Part shown: positions 63,334 to 64,000 of the stretch, in pieces
Position numbering within the stretch: the stretch's first letter is position 1
Layout of the letters: every line of letters begins with the position of its first letter
Source of the DNA: Marsupella aquatica
Lineage: Eukaryota; Plantae; Marchantiophyta
Assembly (NCBI GenBank): GCA_973895155.1
Contig: OZ316892.1
Coordinates: 5,984,476-6,048,475, forward strand
DNA: 64,000 nt
Direction of reading: 5' to 3'
The notes under the pieces: generated by a model
The model's database searches: none
What the model was told of the DNA's origin: nothing
The model's input: only the letters and a program-made list of their open reading frames with translations
Program-made: the position numbers and the translations under genes

Positions 63334-64000
63334 TGCTACGATTCGTGTGGGTTGCAAACACTGCCATAACAGGACCCATATTAGCCACGCGACTTCTAAA
63401 CGGCATCATAACTTTAAAATTCTGCTACTGTCCACTCGACAACTACCTCTCGAAAAATCCAGCAGAGGCAGAGCAGATTCAGTTGACAATATTATCTAAC
63501 GCTACAACATGCAGAAATTTTAAGCTCCCCCCTACACAAGACAGTGCAGCTTTTCAACTCTCGAACATCAATAATATATCCATTAGATGAACCTCCTCTC
63601 CACCAGACTGTCGTCTGATGACGACCTCTCTCATCCTCATTGGTATTGGCTCACTTTGGTAGGATGTAACTTCTCGTAACAAAAATCGGCGTGCAGAAAC
63701 ACAACGAGTCCAAGTAGACGTAAATTAGGAATGGAGCTCATCATGAGTTGAAGCCAGGAAACTGGCGTATCATATTGTGCTGTCATCCACTATTTTGAGT
63801 CTACCCTGGCACGAAACAGAGGTACAAAGCCCCAAGTGATGCCTCAGCGCTGCAGCAAATTAACTTCAGACCCTCAATTATCATCCAACCCTCACTTCAC
63901 TCGACGTATCTATCTGGAAGCAGGAAGCTGGAAGCAGGATATGTGACTCCACGCACTATAATCATCAATCTACTGCCCATCTGCCTGAGACTTGGCAACA

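Overview
Eukaryotic, intron-containing land-plant DNA. The gene content suggests a non-seed plant such as a liverwort or other bryophyte (inference). There are three host-type genes: a 3-exon DOXC-class 2-oxoglutarate dioxygenase, an intronless CPBP/CAAX-protease-like membrane protein with degenerate catalytic motifs, and a PAR1-family protein. The rest is mostly transposons: a truncated Ty1/copia; a complete 10.5-kb CACTA element (CACAACTA TIRs, ATG TSD); a complete hAT element (37525-59750, 8-bp TSD); a complete 10.8-kb P-superfamily-like element nested in the hAT transposase (15-bp TIRs, 8-bp TSD); several MITEs of that P-like family; and tRNA-like SINEs. Each of the three DNA transposons carries regulatory or chromatin-type cargo. 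The CACTA has a SET-domain gene inside its first transposase intron. The P-like element has an EDM2-type composite PHD protein. The hAT has a non-RD protein kinase, a RING-H2 protein and a 92-bp-stem hairpin. These are candidate transposon-encoded anti-silencing or selfish modules. All domain calls are motif recognition by eye, not database hits.
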